A DNA stretch of 64,000 bases. Origin: Podarcis pityusensis. Lineage: Eukaryota. The notes under the pieces were generated by a model. That model did no database searches and was not told the DNA's origin. It saw only the letters and a list, made by a program, of their open reading frames with translations. Shown here piece by piece: positions 63,568 through 64,000 of the stretch. The DNA lies in NCBI GenBank assembly GCA_964106645.2, contig OZ067047.1. One strand, written 5' to 3'. Each line of letters begins with the position of its first letter. Position 1 is the first letter of the stretch. Made by a program: the position numbers and the translations under genes.

Positions 63568-64000
63568 CCGTATTTTTCGTCCCATAGGACGCACCTAGTT
63601 TTTTGGGGGGGAAATAAAAGTCGGGGAGCAGCGGGATGGCAGCGCTGCGCCTCCCCGCTGTCCCCCGAGCTTGTGGGGCTGGCCGATGTCTGCCCGAAGC
63701 ACGGGGCGCTCTGCTTCAGCGCGCCCCACGCTCCGTGCAGCAGGCTGCAGATGTCTGCCCGGCGCGAAGGGCACTCTGCTTCAGGGCGCATCGCGCGCCG
63801 GGCGGCAGGCTGCTATCCTCAGCGCGGGGAGCCCTGCGGGAACTCCCGTGGGCTCCCCAGGCTTGCTGATAGCTTCCTGAAGCCTGGAGAGCGAGAGGGG
63901 TCGGTGCGCACCAACCCCTCTCGCTCTCCAAGCTTCAGCGAAAGCCTGTATTCGCCCCATAGGACGCACACAGATTTCCCCTTCATTTTTGGAGGGGGAA
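63568..64000. mobile_element. Tc2-type element (27283 family), runs off the window end
   Basis: TA + ccgtatttttcgtcccataggacgcac; shared hairpin 63878-63939 and right subterminal sequence. Confidence 0.85.

Noticed and set aside
63568-64000. CpG-rich stretch as the promoter or an exon of the minus-strand gene
   Set aside because: Belongs to the Tc2-type MITE family (TIR, shared hairpin)

Overview
Eukaryotic (vertebrate) genomic DNA, almost certainly a squamate reptile and probably a lacertid lizard: it carries a Sauria SINE, BovB and other squamate-type repeats. The window is mostly intergenic and rich in transposons: RTE/BovB, L1-clade, L2, CR1, Penelope, solo LTRs, hAT and Tc1/mariner non-autonomous elements and tRNA-derived SINEs. 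Between them lie AT-rich unique tracts that look like conserved non-coding elements. The only convincing host-gene signal is a minus-strand terminal coding exon (61829-61948, ...DDILDPSLESTL*, a class I PDZ-binding C-terminus) with a probable ~1.7-kb 3' UTR; I could not name the gene. The most notable structures are (1) a young Penelope insertion forming an apparently perfect 315-bp inverted repeat with a hammerhead-ribozyme motif in each arm, (2) a four-level nest L1 > hAT > Tc2-type MITE > LTR fragment, (3) a cluster of three related solo LTRs, one holding a BovB, and (4) an unexplained 81-bp inverted repeat. I found no prokaryote-type system (CRISPR, operon) and nothing I can honestly call a wholly new biological system. 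Repeat boundaries without TSD/TIR support are approximate.
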